A stretch of 64,000 nt of DNA, taken from contig SIAU01000003.1 of assembly GCA_009691685.1 (NCBI GenBank), positions 4,323 to 68,322 on the forward strand. Direction: 5' to 3'. The position numbers and the translations under genes are program-made. Source of the DNA: Opitutales bacterium (GTDB taxonomy: Bacteria; Verrucomicrobiota; Verrucomicrobiia; Opitutales; UBA953). The notes below the pieces were generated by a model. The model did no database searches and had not been told where the DNA came from. It was given only the letters and a program-made list of their open reading frames with translations. Below, in pieces: positions 1 to 10,690 of the stretch (within the stretch, counting starts at the first letter, position 1; every line of letters begins with the position of its first letter).

Positions 1-1746
1 CGCCCGAATTTTGTCAGAGGGCGTAATCTCAAGAAAATAACTGAAAAGAGAGAATCGGGACAGATTTGGGGTAAATTAAAGAATATCATTATCGCAGGAG
101 TCATGGTGTTTTGTATTTTATTGGGAGCCTGGCTGTACACCTCGGCGTCCCGGAGTAATCGAAGTAGCGGTAAGTCGGTCTCGAAGAGCCAAATGGATAA
201 AGCCGAAGAATTAAAAGAGATTTCCGAAAAAAAAGAGGCTGCGTTTGAGGAAATAAAACTAAAAAAAGACATCCTAACCGAAGATGATCTAAATCTATTA
301 GCAGAAGCGGTAAAAGCCCAAGAAGACTTTGTGTCTGAACGTCGTGCGCTGAGTGCCGATAATAGCCGTCTTGAGGGATTAAGAAAAAAACAACACATCA
401 TTAATGCCGAGATTTTGCGCGGAATTTCAAGACAGGCGGAAGAAAAAGCCCAAAGAAGTGAAGGGACGAATCCCCTAGAAGCTAAAAGTTTAATCAAGCA
501 GGCACTGGACTCTGAGCGCACTATTCAACGTAAGTGGATTTATTCGGGTATGGCTGACGTCGGAAAAATTGCACGTTTGGAAACCCGGCTCAGACGAATC
601 GAAGCCGCGCCCTTTTGGGAGAAAACCCGACAATGTGAAAGACAGGCAGAAGAATATTTTAAGGCCGAGAATATTGAGCTCGCTCTGGATAGTATTACTG
701 AGGCCATAAAAATAGAAACCAGCTTTTTAGAAAATTATCGTGATGTCTTAAATACCGAGTTCGGAAGAATTAGTCATCTCGGTATTCGAAAAGAAACCTT
801 CATTTCTTACCCTGTGTATAAAGAGCTGATGGCTTTAGTGAATGAAGCGGAGCAAAAAGAAAAAATCGAACAATGGAACGAAGCCGAAACATTCTGGGAT
901 CAGGCAATCGTCCAACAAAAACTCATCATAAATAAAAATCCGCTGAGTGAATATGCGAACCAGAAAAATAATGCCGAGTTAGAGAGAAGAAGAAATGTGG
1001 CGCGGACGACCTTAGAGGTAAGAGAATTAAAATCCGATCTCGCCGAGACCCAGGCCAAAATTCGAGAAAAGAATTATGACCAAGCCATTGAAGCAGCCAA
1101 AAAAATATTAGAGGCAGCCCAAAAACTCGACGCGCAAAGCCCTGGAGTATTACCGCCTGAGTCGCCACTCGTTCAAGAATTGACGTTTATCACGAGCCGC
1201 CAAGTCATGATAAAAATAATCAATAATGCGAATGAAGGTTTTTTTATTAAACACCCGGTTAAAAAGGAAATAAAACTTATGCGCCATGAAGTTCCCCAAT
1301 CGTTCTACGAAGCGGTCATGGGCCTTAATCCGAGCGCTGTGGTCCGCGGAAATTTACCTGTAGAATCAGTAAACTACGAAGATACGCAGAAATTCTGTAA
1401 ACAGTTGGGTTGGTTGACCGGGCGGAAAATAAGACTCCCCACCACTGAAGAATTTATCCAGGCCGCTGGCGAGAATGGTGAGAAAAATAAATCCGACCAA
1501 GCTTGGACGTTTGATAATACTGATGGTCTGACCACGCGGAATGTCGCCACCACCCAGGTGAACCGTTATGGATTTAACGATCTCATCGGGAATGTGGAAG
1601 AATGGACGGCCGCCCCACCAGAGAAAGAAGAAGCAGTGATTTTGGGCGGAAGCGTCAACACCCCCACCAGGAAAGAATTTCCTCAACGGAAGGCACTGAA
1701 ACGCGAAAGAAGTCGCACGCTCGGCTTTCGCGTCGTCCAAGAATAA
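1..1746 (+). CDS. 5'-partial membrane-anchored helical protein with C-terminal SUMF1/FGE-type (formylglycine-generating-enzyme-like) domain
   Basis: Frame 1 is open from base 1, with no stop before the ATG at 103. The hydrophobic helix NIIIAGVMVFCILLGAWLY straddles that ATG, so the gene probably starts upstream of the window. The middle is long, charged and helical. C-terminal motifs RLPTTEEF, GFNDLIGNVEEWT and GFRVV are typical of SUMF1/EgtB/PvdO-family domains. Confidence 0.6.
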   Translation, partial: RPNFVRGRNLKKITEKRESGQIWGKLKNIIIAGVMVFCILLGAWLYTSASRSNRSSGKSVSKSQMDKAEELKEISEKKEAAFEEIKLKKDILTEDDLNLLAEAVKAQEDFVSERRALSADNSRLEGLRKKQHIINAEILRGISRQAEEKAQRSEGTNPLEAKSLIKQALDSERTIQRKWIYSGMADVGKIARLETRLRRIEAAPFWEKTRQCERQAEEYFKAENIELALDSITEAIKIETSFLENYRDVLNTEFGRISHLGIRKETFISYPVYKELMALVNEAEQKEKIEQWNEAETFWDQAIVQQKLIINKNPLSEYANQKNNAELERRRNVARTTLEVRELKSDLAETQAKIREKNYDQAIEAAKKILEAAQKLDAQSPGVLPPESPLVQELTFITSRQVMIKIINNANEGFFIKHPVKKEIKLMRHEVPQSFYEAVMGLNPSAVVRGNLPVESVNYEDTQKFCKQLGWLTGRKIRLPTTEEFIQAAGENGEKNKSDQAWTFDNTDGLTTRNVATTQVNRYGFNDLIGNVEEWTAAPPEKEEAVILGGSVNTPTRKEFPQRKALKRERSRTLGFRVVQE

Positions 1747-1752
1747 TCCTTT

Positions 1753-3699
1753 ATGAAAAACATCACCCAATTTTATAGTAGAACAAACTATCCCAAGCGA
1801 CTGGTACTTTATTTCTTAATTTACGCCCCTATTATTGTTTTCGTTTTTTGGCTAAGTTATGAAATTAGATTTTTAAGCGACGCCAAAATTCTAAATGAGA
1901 GCGTAGTGCCCAATAAGGAAAGTACCCGAAACTTTTACATGAATTACCAGCGTTTCTATGCGCTGATGTGGATACTGCCACTTAAGTTTATTATTTTAGG
2001 GCTTGGTGCACACTACCGCAGTGTGCTTCGGTATTTCCGACTCCACGATGCCCTGCGCGTCATTTATTCTTTAAGCATCGCTTCAATAATTATTTATTTT
2101 ATTCCTAGTTTTCAAAATCTAATAAACCCAAGCGGCGGGTCGGGTACCAGTATTTATACCATCCCCCACAGCGTGGTCTTAGTTGACTACAATCTTTCAA
2201 TCCTGATGTTTTTAGGGGTCAGGGTGTTGATTCGCACCATGAATGAACGTCGAAAAACAGACTCCACCCAAAACAAAAAAATAAAAAGAGTAGTTATTAT
2301 AGGGGCGGGCGCCATCGGTGAACAAATCCTCATTGATTTAATAAAACACAAAAATGAGGGAGTTGAGCCGGTTTGTTTCTTGGATGACAATCGACAGAAA
2401 CACGGCTTAGACATTCATGGTATTCCCGTATTAGGTTTTCCTGAAAGTTTAGTAGAAATTAAGGAGCGCGCACGTATCAGTGAAATCATTATAACTCTGC
2501 CGCCCACCGCGGGTAAAAGAATTAAAGAAATCAATGCGTTCGCCCAAAAGGCCGGAATCAAAACACTCATAATTCCTTCGGTGGGTGATTTAAGCTCGGG
2601 CCGCGTGACAATTACCGATTTACGCCCGGTGTCCGTTGAAGATTTACTCGGTCGCGCCCCAGCGGATTTAGACACGATAGCGATTAATGAACTCATTTCT
2701 GGTCAATCGGTTTTAGTGACGGGGGCCGGCGGCAGCATAGGTAGTGAAATAGCCCGCCAGGTTGCCCAACGTAACCCCAAGCAGTTAATCATTTTAGATC
2801 AATGCGAAGTTTTACTCTACACGATTGAACAGGAATTAATCGCCCGCGGACACAGCGATATCATTCTACCCATTGTGGCGGATGTCACTGACTCCGGGAG
2901 AATGGAAGATATTTTCAAACGCTTTAATCCCGAACTCGTTTTACATGCGGCCGCGCATAAGCACGTCCCCATGATGGAATCGCAACCTGGAGAAGCGCTG
3001 AAAAATAATACTTTAGGTACCACGTTGGTCGCGACCTTAGCTTCCCACTATAAGGCCAAGAGATTTATATTAATTTCGACCGACAAAGCGGTTAACCCCA
3101 CAAACATCATGGGAGCATCCAAACGCCTGGCGGAAATTGCGGTGCAGTCCATGCAACAAAAACCAGGAAATACGACCCGCTTTATTGCGGTAAGATTTGG
3201 TAATGTTTTAGGGTCATCAGGATCGGTCATCCCTCTTTTCCAAAAACAAATTCAAGCAGGCGGCCCTATTACAGTAACACACCCCGAGGTAACCCGCTAT
3301 TTTATGACTATCCCTGAGGCTGTTGGGTTAGTACTCCAAAGTGCGTGCCAGGGGAATGGTGGTGATATATTAGTACTAGAAATGGGTAAGCCTCTGAAAG
3401 TGATAGATGTGGCCCGTCAACTGATTGAGCTCAGCGGACTTAAGCCCGATATCGACATAGAAATAAAAATCATTGGGCTGCGCCCCGGCGAAAAAATGTT
3501 CGAAGAAATCCAACACACCCAAGAGGAGTATAGCCTGACCGAAAACGAACGGATTTTCCGATTTACGGGTCCGCCCTTGAATTACGCCGATTTAGACCGC
3601 ATTTTAAAAGAAATTAATGCACTGATTTCAAAAGAAAATGAGGTATGTAAAAAAGGTGTTCAACAGCTCGTTCCCGAGTATAATCCTGAATTAAAATGA
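1753..3699 (+). CDS. CapD/PglF/WbpM-type membrane-bound NDP-sugar 4,6-dehydratase (polysaccharide biosynthesis protein)
   Basis: N-terminal hydrophobic helices; two Rossmann motifs ([25 protein letters not shown]); [18 protein letters not shown] core typical of the CapD family. Confidence 0.85.
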   Translation: MKNITQFYSRTNYPKRLVLYFLIYAPIIVFVFWLSYEIRFLSDAKILNESVVPNKESTRNFYMNYQRFYALMWILPLKFIILGLGAHYRSVLRYFRLHDALRVIYSLSIASIIIYFIPSFQNLINPSGGSGTSIYTIPHSVVLVDYNLSILMFLGVRVLIRTMNERRKTDSTQNKKIKRVVIIGAGAIGEQILIDLIKHKNEGVEPVCFLDDNRQKHGLDIHGIPVLGFPESLVEIKERARISEIIITLPPTAGKRIKEINAFAQKAGIKTLIIPSVGDLSSGRVTITDLRPVSVEDLLGRAPADLDTIAINELISGQSVLVTGAGGSIGSEIARQVAQRNPKQLIILDQCEVLLYTIEQELIARGHSDIILPIVADVTDSGRMEDIFKRFNPELVLHAAAHKHVPMMESQPGEALKNNTLGTTLVATLASHYKAKRFILISTDKAVNPTNIMGASKRLAEIAVQSMQQKPGNTTRFIAVRFGNVLGSSGSVIPLFQKQIQAGGPITVTHPEVTRYFMTIPEAVGLVLQSACQGNGGDILVLEMGKPLKVIDVARQLIELSGLKPDIDIEIKIIGLRPGEKMFEEIQHTQEEYSLTENERIFRFTGPPLNYADLDRILKEINALISKENEVCKKGVQQLVPEYNPELK

Positions 3700-4208
3700 G
3701 TAACTCACCAAAAAACTTAGTGGGTTTAATCATGGGCTCACAAAGCGACTGGGAGGTAATGGAGCACACCGCCCACCTATTAAAAGAATTTAAAATACCC
3801 TTTAAGGCAGAAATTGTTAGCGCCCACCGCACGCCACTTAAACTAAAGGACTATGCTCTTCGGGCGGAGGCTGCTGGATACAAGGTCATCATCGCCGGTG
3901 CCGGTGGTGCGGCCCACCTTCCTGGAATGGCCGCGGCCATGACCACCTTGCCGGTGTTAGGTGTCCCGGTCCCCTCTAAAACTTTAGATGGTTTAGATTC
4001 ACTGCTTTCGATTGTCCAAATGCCTGCGGGTATTCCGGTACATACTTTTGCCATTGGCAGGGCAGGTGCAATCAATGCTGCCCTGGCGGCGGCGGCGATC
4101 TTAGCTTTGAGCGACAAAAGAATTGATCAAAAACTGAAGAATTTTCGAAAAAACCAAACGCAAAAAGTTTTAAAAAATTCTCGTCCGCTGACCAAGAAGA
4201 AAAAATAA
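3696..4208 (+). CDS. purE: N5-carboxyaminoimidazole ribonucleotide mutase
   Basis: [10 protein letters not shown] and [10 protein letters not shown] motifs; the start overlaps the upstream stop (ATGA). Confidence 0.9.
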   Translation: MSNSPKNLVGLIMGSQSDWEVMEHTAHLLKEFKIPFKAEIVSAHRTPLKLKDYALRAEAAGYKVIIAGAGGAAHLPGMAAAMTTLPVLGVPVPSKTLDGLDSLLSIVQMPAGIPVHTFAIGRAGAINAALAAAAILALSDKRIDQKLKNFRKNQTQKVLKNSRPLTKKKK

Positions 4209-4209
4209 A

Positions 4210-5349
4210 ATGGGCAAACCAGTTACAGCAGGAGAAACTATCGGCATTTTAGGTGGAGGCCAACTGGGTCGGATGTCGGCGCAGGCCGCCCAAAAATTAG
4301 GATACAAAGTAAAGATTTTTGATCCTGCATCCTTTGTTTGTGCTTCGGCGGTGGCGCAAGAAACGATCACCGCACCCTGGGATGATATTAAAGCACTCAA
4401 AAAATTCACTACCGGCTGCAGTCGGGTCACTTTAGAATTTGAAAACATTCCAGCGAGTACCATCGAGTTCGTAAATAAAATTACCCCCTGTCACCCCTCT
4501 GCGCGGGTATTGGAGATTTGTCAAAATCGCCAAAAAGAAAAAGAGTTTTTAAGAGAAAACCAAATACCCTGTGCCCCTTTTAAAATAGTTAATACGCTAG
4601 AAGAATTAAAAAACGCCGTTAAAGAAATTGGTTACCCCTGTGTATTAAAAACCGCCATTTTTGGCTATGATGGGAAGGGCCAAATAAAAATTTGTAGCGA
4701 AACGCATGATCTTGAAGAGGCTTGGTCGATCACGGGCGGCGGACGCGGGGTCTTAGAATCCTGGATTCCCCACGACTGTGAAATTTCGGTGATTATTGTC
4801 CGTGGAGAAAATGGGGAGGTAGCCATCTACGAACCTACTGAAAATATTCACAAAGACCACCTTCTCCATCTCTCATTATCACCGGCCCGAATTAGCCAGA
4901 GCTTGATCAATGAGGCAAAATTACTGGCCTTAAAAATAGTAGAGAAAATAGGGCTAACCGGAATGTTGGCGGTCGAGATGTTTGTTCATCGAGAAAAAAT
5001 CCAAGTCAATGAACTCGCTCCGCGTCCGCATAACAGCGGACACGTTACGCTCGACAATAACACCACTAGCCAATTTGAGCAGCACATCCGCTCGGTTTGC
5101 GGCTTACCACTCGGAGAAATAAAAACCCAGCAACCCGCAGTGATGCTCAATATTTTAGGCGATTTTTGGAAAAATGGAATCACCCCTGATTGGAACATTG
5201 CCCTGCAATATCCTAATGTTAAATTACACCTTTATGACAAGGGCCAAGCCGTACCGAAAAGAAAAATGGGCCATTTAACGGTGTTAGGTCCAACCTTAGA
5301 AGACGCTTTAAAACTAGCCCAAAAGATAGAGCGGGAACTTTTATCTTAA
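4210..5349 (+). CDS. purK: N5-carboxyaminoimidazole ribonucleotide synthase (ATP-grasp)
   Basis: GILGGGQLGRM N-terminus, NELAPRPHNSGH and KMGHLTV motifs; sits directly after purE. Confidence 0.9.
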   Translation: MGKPVTAGETIGILGGGQLGRMSAQAAQKLGYKVKIFDPASFVCASAVAQETITAPWDDIKALKKFTTGCSRVTLEFENIPASTIEFVNKITPCHPSARVLEICQNRQKEKEFLRENQIPCAPFKIVNTLEELKNAVKEIGYPCVLKTAIFGYDGKGQIKICSETHDLEEAWSITGGGRGVLESWIPHDCEISVIIVRGENGEVAIYEPTENIHKDHLLHLSLSPARISQSLINEAKLLALKIVEKIGLTGMLAVEMFVHREKIQVNELAPRPHNSGHVTLDNNTTSQFEQHIRSVCGLPLGEIKTQQPAVMLNILGDFWKNGITPDWNIALQYPNVKLHLYDKGQAVPKRKMGHLTVLGPTLEDALKLAQKIERELLS

Positions 5350-5798
5350 TCGAGCAAGTCGGGCCGACGAACAAAGAGATGGATTGGAATCTGTCCGAGT
5401 GAAGCAAAGAGCAGAATGGCCTGAAACACCGGCAGGCGAGCTTTTGCTTTCACCGCATTGGCAATGTAGTTTTTTGCCATCACTTCAGAAATCATGGCAA
5501 AGGCAAACACGACTGCCGCCACGCAGATTATTCCAAAAATAATTTTCCACTGTTTATCATCTTTGATTTTTTCGAGAGGAATCAAAATCAATAAACCAAA
5601 GAAAATAAAAAAACAATTTTCGACGTGCAGGGCCAAGGGGAAGGAAACCGTTTCGGGCTTCCAGCGGGGTGGAATGGTCAGACTGCCCAGAGAAAAACCG
5701 CCGGAAAACTCCAGCAACGCTAAAAAAATAATAAAGCAGGCAAAGCCATAGGTTGCCCAGCGTCCGTAAATTAAACCTCTCGTTGTCGCACTAGTCAT
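5346..5798 (-). CDS. hypothetical integral membrane protein
   Basis: 150-aa ORF with about four hydrophobic helices; no family recognised. Confidence 0.45.
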   Translation of the reverse strand: MTSATTRGLIYGRWATYGFACFIIFLALLEFSGGFSLGSLTIPPRWKPETVSFPLALHVENCFFIFFGLLILIPLEKIKDDKQWKIIFGIICVAAVVFAFAMISEVMAKNYIANAVKAKARLPVFQAILLFASLGQIPIHLFVRRPDLLD

Positions 5799-5845
5799 TT
5801 TAGTAAACTAAATAGTCAAAGTCGTGAATAGCAAGATTACGCAGA

Positions 5846-6727
5846 TTAAATTCTAAATAAGACCACGTCGCTCCACTCGCCCATCATTCTTCCATCGACC
5901 TCGACCTTCTCCCAGCTTTCCTGACACTTAGCGTAAAAAAAATCGCGGACGGTCTCTTGTTCTTTATTTAAAATTCCACTCAAAACTAAAATTCCCCCCG
6001 GCTTGATGGATTGGATCAGCTCATCGGCATAGATACAAAGTACGTCGCTTATAATATTAGCTAAGACGACATCGGCGGTGCCCGTTAATTTAAATCCTTC
6101 TTCCAGTCCCGCATGATAAAAACAAATATTTTTATCAGAGATATTATTTTCAACTCGGTTGTTTTCACTGACTCTAACCGATTCGGGGTCTCGATCAAAG
6201 CCGGCAACGCTCTGACAGCCTAACTGGACGGCGGACAGGCCTAATATCCCCGACCCACAACCTGCATCGACGACCTTGGTGGTCGCTGCTGGATGATTCT
6301 TTAAAAAATCAATTAAGCGGATAATACAAAGTCGGGTGGTGGGGTGGTCTCCTGTTCCAAATGCCAAACCGGCATCAAACCAAATGACGGCATCGCCGGC
6401 GGGCACCGGGTAAGTTTCTCGCATCCACGACGGCACCCAATGTAGATTTTCATAATTCCAGGGCTTAAGATGCTCCTTATAGGCCTCTTTCCAATCCTTG
6501 TCTTCGAGTTGTATTGAATCAAACGTCTCGGGCAGGTGCTTAAATTTTTTTCGTAAAAACCCCCACGCCTCCTCAGCTTGTTCTTGGGTATCAAAATAAC
6601 CCATGACAAAATTTGGTTTTCCGGGACCTTCATGAAACAGCATCCACGAAGAACGTGTTAACTCACAAAAAAAATCTTCAAGCGGTTGAACTAAATCTTC
6701 GTGAATGGGTGCGCGTAATTCTATCAT
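5846..6727 (-). CDS. prmA: ribosomal protein L11 methyltransferase
   Basis: FGTGDHPTTRLC and VVDAGCGSGILG (SAM motif I); about 290 aa, as expected for PrmA. Confidence 0.85.
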   Translation of the reverse strand: MIELRAPIHEDLVQPLEDFFCELTRSSWMLFHEGPGKPNFVMGYFDTQEQAEEAWGFLRKKFKHLPETFDSIQLEDKDWKEAYKEHLKPWNYENLHWVPSWMRETYPVPAGDAVIWFDAGLAFGTGDHPTTRLCIIRLIDFLKNHPAATTKVVDAGCGSGILGLSAVQLGCQSVAGFDRDPESVRVSENNRVENNISDKNICFYHAGLEEGFKLTGTADVVLANIISDVLCIYADELIQSIKPGGILVLSGILNKEQETVRDFFYAKCQESWEKVEVDGRMMGEWSDVVLFRI

Positions 6728-6730
6728 AAA

Positions 6731-7303
6731 TTATAAGACAGAAAGTTCAGCGATGATTTTTGGAAGCAAGACGTGTTCTGCAGCGTGAATCTTTTCGGTA
6801 AAGGTTTCCAGGGTGTCAGAGTTTTCTCGTGAAACTCTGATTTGGCCCAAATGTTGCCCCCCGTCCACTTCGTCGGTGACCCAGTGGACCGTGCAACCAC
6901 CTTCGTTCACGTCCGCACGCCAGGTTTGGCCAATTCCATCTAACCCAGGAAATAAGGGTAATAAGCTTGGATGGATATTGATAATTTTATTTTTAAACGC
7001 ATTAAGCAGTGGGGTTTTAACGACCCGCATAAAGCCCGCTAAAACAACCAAATCAACCTGATGGGAGAGTAGGGTGTTGGCCCAAACACTTTCCTGTTCG
7101 GGTGAAAACTTGGTTTTAAATGGGCCTGGGTCTAAAAAGAATGCAGGAACGCCAAAGCGTGGGCCCAGCTTTAACATGGGGGCATGGGGGTTATCACAAA
7201 AAATTCCTACGATGTCGGCTCGACCCAGTTGACCGTTTTGCTTGGCGCGGAGGATGGCTTTGGCATTCGAGCCTCGTCCCGATCCTAATAGGGCAACACG
7301 CAT
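6731..7303 (-). CDS. purN: phosphoribosylglycinamide formyltransferase
   Basis: Start moved to the internal ATG (7303-7301), giving MRVALLGSGRGSNAKAIL. NIHPSLLP and HWVTDEVDGG motifs present. The first 121 codons of the tracked ORF overlap the divergent gene and look non-PurN. Confidence 0.85.
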   Translation of the reverse strand: MRVALLGSGRGSNAKAILRAKQNGQLGRADIVGIFCDNPHAPMLKLGPRFGVPAFFLDPGPFKTKFSPEQESVWANTLLSHQVDLVVLAGFMRVVKTPLLNAFKNKIINIHPSLLPLFPGLDGIGQTWRADVNEGGCTVHWVTDEVDGGQHLGQIRVSRENSDTLETFTEKIHAAEHVLLPKIIAELSVL

Positions 7304-7406
7304 AGAGGTAAATTGAACAGCCGATGGAGTACCGCAAATGTTTTTAATTAGAAAATCACACTTTAAACTCACAGAAAAATAGTGATACTCCTGAAATTGA
7401 ATCCAC

Positions 7407-8726
7407 ATGGAACGTCGCCAATTTTTTAAAATCATCGCTCTGTCATCATTCGGCGCTGCGGTATTACCAGGATGTGTCGGTGGCGGCTCAGTGGGTGGCT
7501 CGGGCGGCGGCGTCAGTGTTCCACCCACTAACATTCCCTTACCGGTCACCGGAAAAACCTTACTCGGTATCGATGTTTTAAAGGCGGAAAATTTTAACAG
7601 GTTAAAGGGATTACGTTGTGGATTAGTAACCCATCGCGCGGGGGTTAATGGACAAGGCCAACGCACCGTAGACGTTTTATTTAATGCGCCAGGAGTTAAG
7701 CTAACTAAACTCTTTGGACCCGAGCACGGTATTGATGGAACAGTTGCCGCTGAGAAGAGTGTTAAAAACGAAAAAGATAAAAAAACCGGGCTGCCGATTT
7801 ATTCTTTATATGGAGCGACGCGCCGTCCGTCTCCTGCGATGCTATCCAATCTCGATGTAGTACTCGTCGACTTCCAAGATGTAGGCTCACGTTCGTACAC
7901 CTATATTAGTTGTATGAAATATGTAATGGAGGCGTGTTACAACTTACCCCAACCCATTAAGGTTATTATTTTAGATCGTCCTAATCCGCTGGGCGGAGAA
8001 AAAGTGGATGGACCCATGCTCGATACTAAGTGGAAAAGTTATGTGGGAGCTTATGAAATGCCCTACGTGCACGGCTTAACGATTGGGGAAATTGCGCGTT
8101 GGGCGGTATCTACTCCGGGCGTTTTAGATATATCTGAAAGCCAGAGAAAAAATGCCCAACTAGATGTGGTCACGATGCGAGGCTGGCGTCGTACCATGAC
8201 TTGGGATCAGACTGGATTAACCTGGGTTCCAACATCTCCACGCATTCCAACTCCGCAGGCCGCCTTAGGTTATGCCATGGTCGGCTTGGGTTGTATTGTC
8301 GGAGGCTTTAGTCACTCGTTTGAAAATCAAATGCATTTTAGATTTATAAAATACAGTAAAAGAAAATCAACTGACTTGGTCGCTGCCCTAGGAAAATCTG
8401 TTTCGGGCTTAAAATTAGAACCGAAAACCATGCCTGACGGAACGCAGGGTGTTCACACGCAGGTAGAAAACTGGAACCAACTTAACCCCTGTGAGATTTC
8501 TCTACATATGATGAAGCAGGCGTGTATTTGGGATGCTTCAAATCCCTTTGCGCGCACCACTGGCACTGCCCGTGAACTCTTTATCAAGCACGTCGGCAGT
8601 GAGGCCTTTTTTGAAGAGCTGCGCACAAAGGGTGCGGCAATTAATCTCGAAGCCTGGATCAGCAAGTGGCGAGCCGAGGCCAGTGCCTTTCGGTCGCGTA
8701 CGCGTTCCTATCAATTATACAGTTAG
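7407..8726 (+). CDS. DUF1343 / NamZ-like exo-beta-N-acetylmuramidase, probable lipoprotein
   Basis: N-terminus MERRQFFKIIALSSFGAAVLPGC (Tat-like RR plus lipobox Cys). Motifs GLVTHRAG, LFGPEHG, PIYSLYG, DFQDVGSRSYTYIS and LDRPNPLGG are characteristic of DUF1343. Confidence 0.7.
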   Translation: MERRQFFKIIALSSFGAAVLPGCVGGGSVGGSGGGVSVPPTNIPLPVTGKTLLGIDVLKAENFNRLKGLRCGLVTHRAGVNGQGQRTVDVLFNAPGVKLTKLFGPEHGIDGTVAAEKSVKNEKDKKTGLPIYSLYGATRRPSPAMLSNLDVVLVDFQDVGSRSYTYISCMKYVMEACYNLPQPIKVIILDRPNPLGGEKVDGPMLDTKWKSYVGAYEMPYVHGLTIGEIARWAVSTPGVLDISESQRKNAQLDVVTMRGWRRTMTWDQTGLTWVPTSPRIPTPQAALGYAMVGLGCIVGGFSHSFENQMHFRFIKYSKRKSTDLVAALGKSVSGLKLEPKTMPDGTQGVHTQVENWNQLNPCEISLHMMKQACIWDASNPFARTTGTARELFIKHVGSEAFFEELRTKGAAINLEAWISKWRAEASAFRSRTRSYQLYS

Positions 8727-10636
8727 TAAGAACGACCTTCTTTTTTCTCCCAGAAATTAATATACGCACGATTTAAGACCTCGTAGCCACCGGGCGTAGG
8801 ATAGTTTCCGGTGAAATACCAATCTCCTGAACTATTTGGACAGGCCTTGTGGAGTGATTCAATTTTTTGGAAAACGATGATAAGGTCTCCCTTCCAATTT
8901 GATTTTGTTGGGAAAACTAATTCTGCCGCTTTCACAGAAACCTCTTGTAAGGTGAACGCATCGTAAATTCGTTTAACGTGATTTTTCATAACGGCCGGCG
9001 GATTTTTGGCTTGAGCGACACAATCCTCGTAAACCTCTCTTAGTAAATCTTGCTTACCTTTTTCTTTACAGAGTGCGACGACCGCTTGAAAAGCCAGGAA
9101 CTTACCCATTTCCGACATATCAATCCCGTAACAATCAGGGTAGCGAATCTGTGGAGCGGTTGAGGCAATGACGATACGCTTAGGATTGGGCCGCGCGAGA
9201 ATTTTTAAAATGGACTGCTTTAAGGTAGTTCCGCGAACGATAGAATCATCCACACAGACTAAGGTGTCTCCTTCGCGCACCGTGCCATAAGAGATATCAT
9301 ACACGTGTGAAGCGAGTTGCATGCGGTTTTTTTCCTGCGAGATAAACGTCCGGAGCTTCACGTCTTTGTGGGCCACTTTTTCGCCACGTGGCCAGCCACC
9401 CAAAATAAATTTATCTAACATGTTTTCATCAAGCGTCCCTGCGCGGAGTGCTTCAGTTAATTTACTACGGACTTGTACGCGACGGCGACGGCGTAGCTCT
9501 TCCATGAGTCCGTACCAAGCGATTTCTGCCGTATTAGGAATATAAGAAAAGACAGCATGATCATGGTCTTGTCCGATTAACTCTAAAATATCATTTGCGA
9601 GGGTCGCTCCCAGGGCTTTCCGCTCTGCATAAATTTCAGGATCATTTCCGCGTGAAAAATAAATATGTTCAAACGAACAGGAGGATTTAACGCCAGGGGG
9701 CTGGATGGCTTCGATGGTGTGCCGTCCGTCTGCTTTAATAATTAAAGCCGAGCCAGGAGGAACTTCTTTTACGTCGGATTGTTGAACCCCGATAATACTC
9801 ATTAAGGCAACGCGTTCGGAGGCGACGGCAAAAACATCCTCAGTCTTAACATACCAGGCGGGACGAATACCATTGGGGTCACGTAAGACAAAGGAATCAC
9901 CATTACCGACAACTCCGACGATAGCATAACCACCATCCCAATTTTTAGATGCCTTTCTTAAAACATTGCCGACATCAATGTGTTTAGAAATCTCTCTCTG
10001 CACATCCGCACCTTCCAATCCCTGGTCACGAAAGGCTTTAAAGAGACGATCGTGTTCTTCATCTAACCAAAAACCCACTTCTTCTAAAATAGATTGAGTG
10101 TCGGTTGAATAAATAACGTGAGCCCCACGATCCGTGAGAGCGGTATTGAGGGATTGGGTATTAGTTAAATTAAAATTTCCCGCAATCAGCAGATTCCGCG
10201 TCGGCCAAATCGACTTACGAGCATAAGGGTGGCAAGACCCCGTATCAAAATTTCCAGAAGTCCCATAACGGAGGTGCCCCATTAAAACCTCACCGCCGTA
10301 GTCGAAATGACGTTTTATCGTTTCTGGAAATTCAGGAATCACCACGCCGTCGCGAACTAAATCTGAATAAATTTTAATCTGCCGGGAGAAAATTTGGGTT
10401 AAACCCTGAGAGCCGATTTCGCGATCCCGGAAAAGAAAAGCCTCGCCGTTTTCCGCACCAATTTTAATTCCACCAATCCCTGCGCCGTCTTGTCCGCGGT
10501 TGTGTTGCTTTTCCATTAATAAGAAAAGCTGGTTAAAGCCATGCAGGGCGCTCCCGTATTTTTCTTGGTACCACTTCGTGTCTTTAGTTAAACGAACTAA
10601 AGCGATACCACATTCATGCCTTAAAGAGTCACTCAT
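8723..10636 (-). CDS. purF: amidophosphoribosyltransferase, long form
   Basis: Short propeptide MSDSLRHE followed by CGIALV (Ntn nucleophile Cys). PRTase motif VCVDDSIVRGTT present. Confidence 0.85.
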   Translation of the reverse strand: MSDSLRHECGIALVRLTKDTKWYQEKYGSALHGFNQLFLLMEKQHNRGQDGAGIGGIKIGAENGEAFLFRDREIGSQGLTQIFSRQIKIYSDLVRDGVVIPEFPETIKRHFDYGGEVLMGHLRYGTSGNFDTGSCHPYARKSIWPTRNLLIAGNFNLTNTQSLNTALTDRGAHVIYSTDTQSILEEVGFWLDEEHDRLFKAFRDQGLEGADVQREISKHIDVGNVLRKASKNWDGGYAIVGVVGNGDSFVLRDPNGIRPAWYVKTEDVFAVASERVALMSIIGVQQSDVKEVPPGSALIIKADGRHTIEAIQPPGVKSSCSFEHIYFSRGNDPEIYAERKALGATLANDILELIGQDHDHAVFSYIPNTAEIAWYGLMEELRRRRRVQVRSKLTEALRAGTLDENMLDKFILGGWPRGEKVAHKDVKLRTFISQEKNRMQLASHVYDISYGTVREGDTLVCVDDSIVRGTTLKQSILKILARPNPKRIVIASTAPQIRYPDCYGIDMSEMGKFLAFQAVVALCKEKGKQDLLREVYEDCVAQAKNPPAVMKNHVKRIYDAFTLQEVSVKAAELVFPTKSNWKGDLIIVFQKIESLHKACPNSSGDWYFTGNYPTPGGYEVLNRAYINFWEKKEGRSY

Positions 10637-10690
10637 TGCAGGCTGGTGAGTTTGTCGCTAAAGCGCCCAACCTGTCCAGCGCTTAGTCTT

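Noticed and set aside
7304-7666. Long N-terminal extension of the purN ORF (tracked as 311 aa), overlapping the start of the divergent DUF1343 gene.
   Set aside because: The extension is Pro-rich, has no PurN similarity and overlaps the neighbouring gene by 260 nt. The internal ATG at 7303 gives a normal 190-aa PurN beginning MRVALLGSGRGSN.
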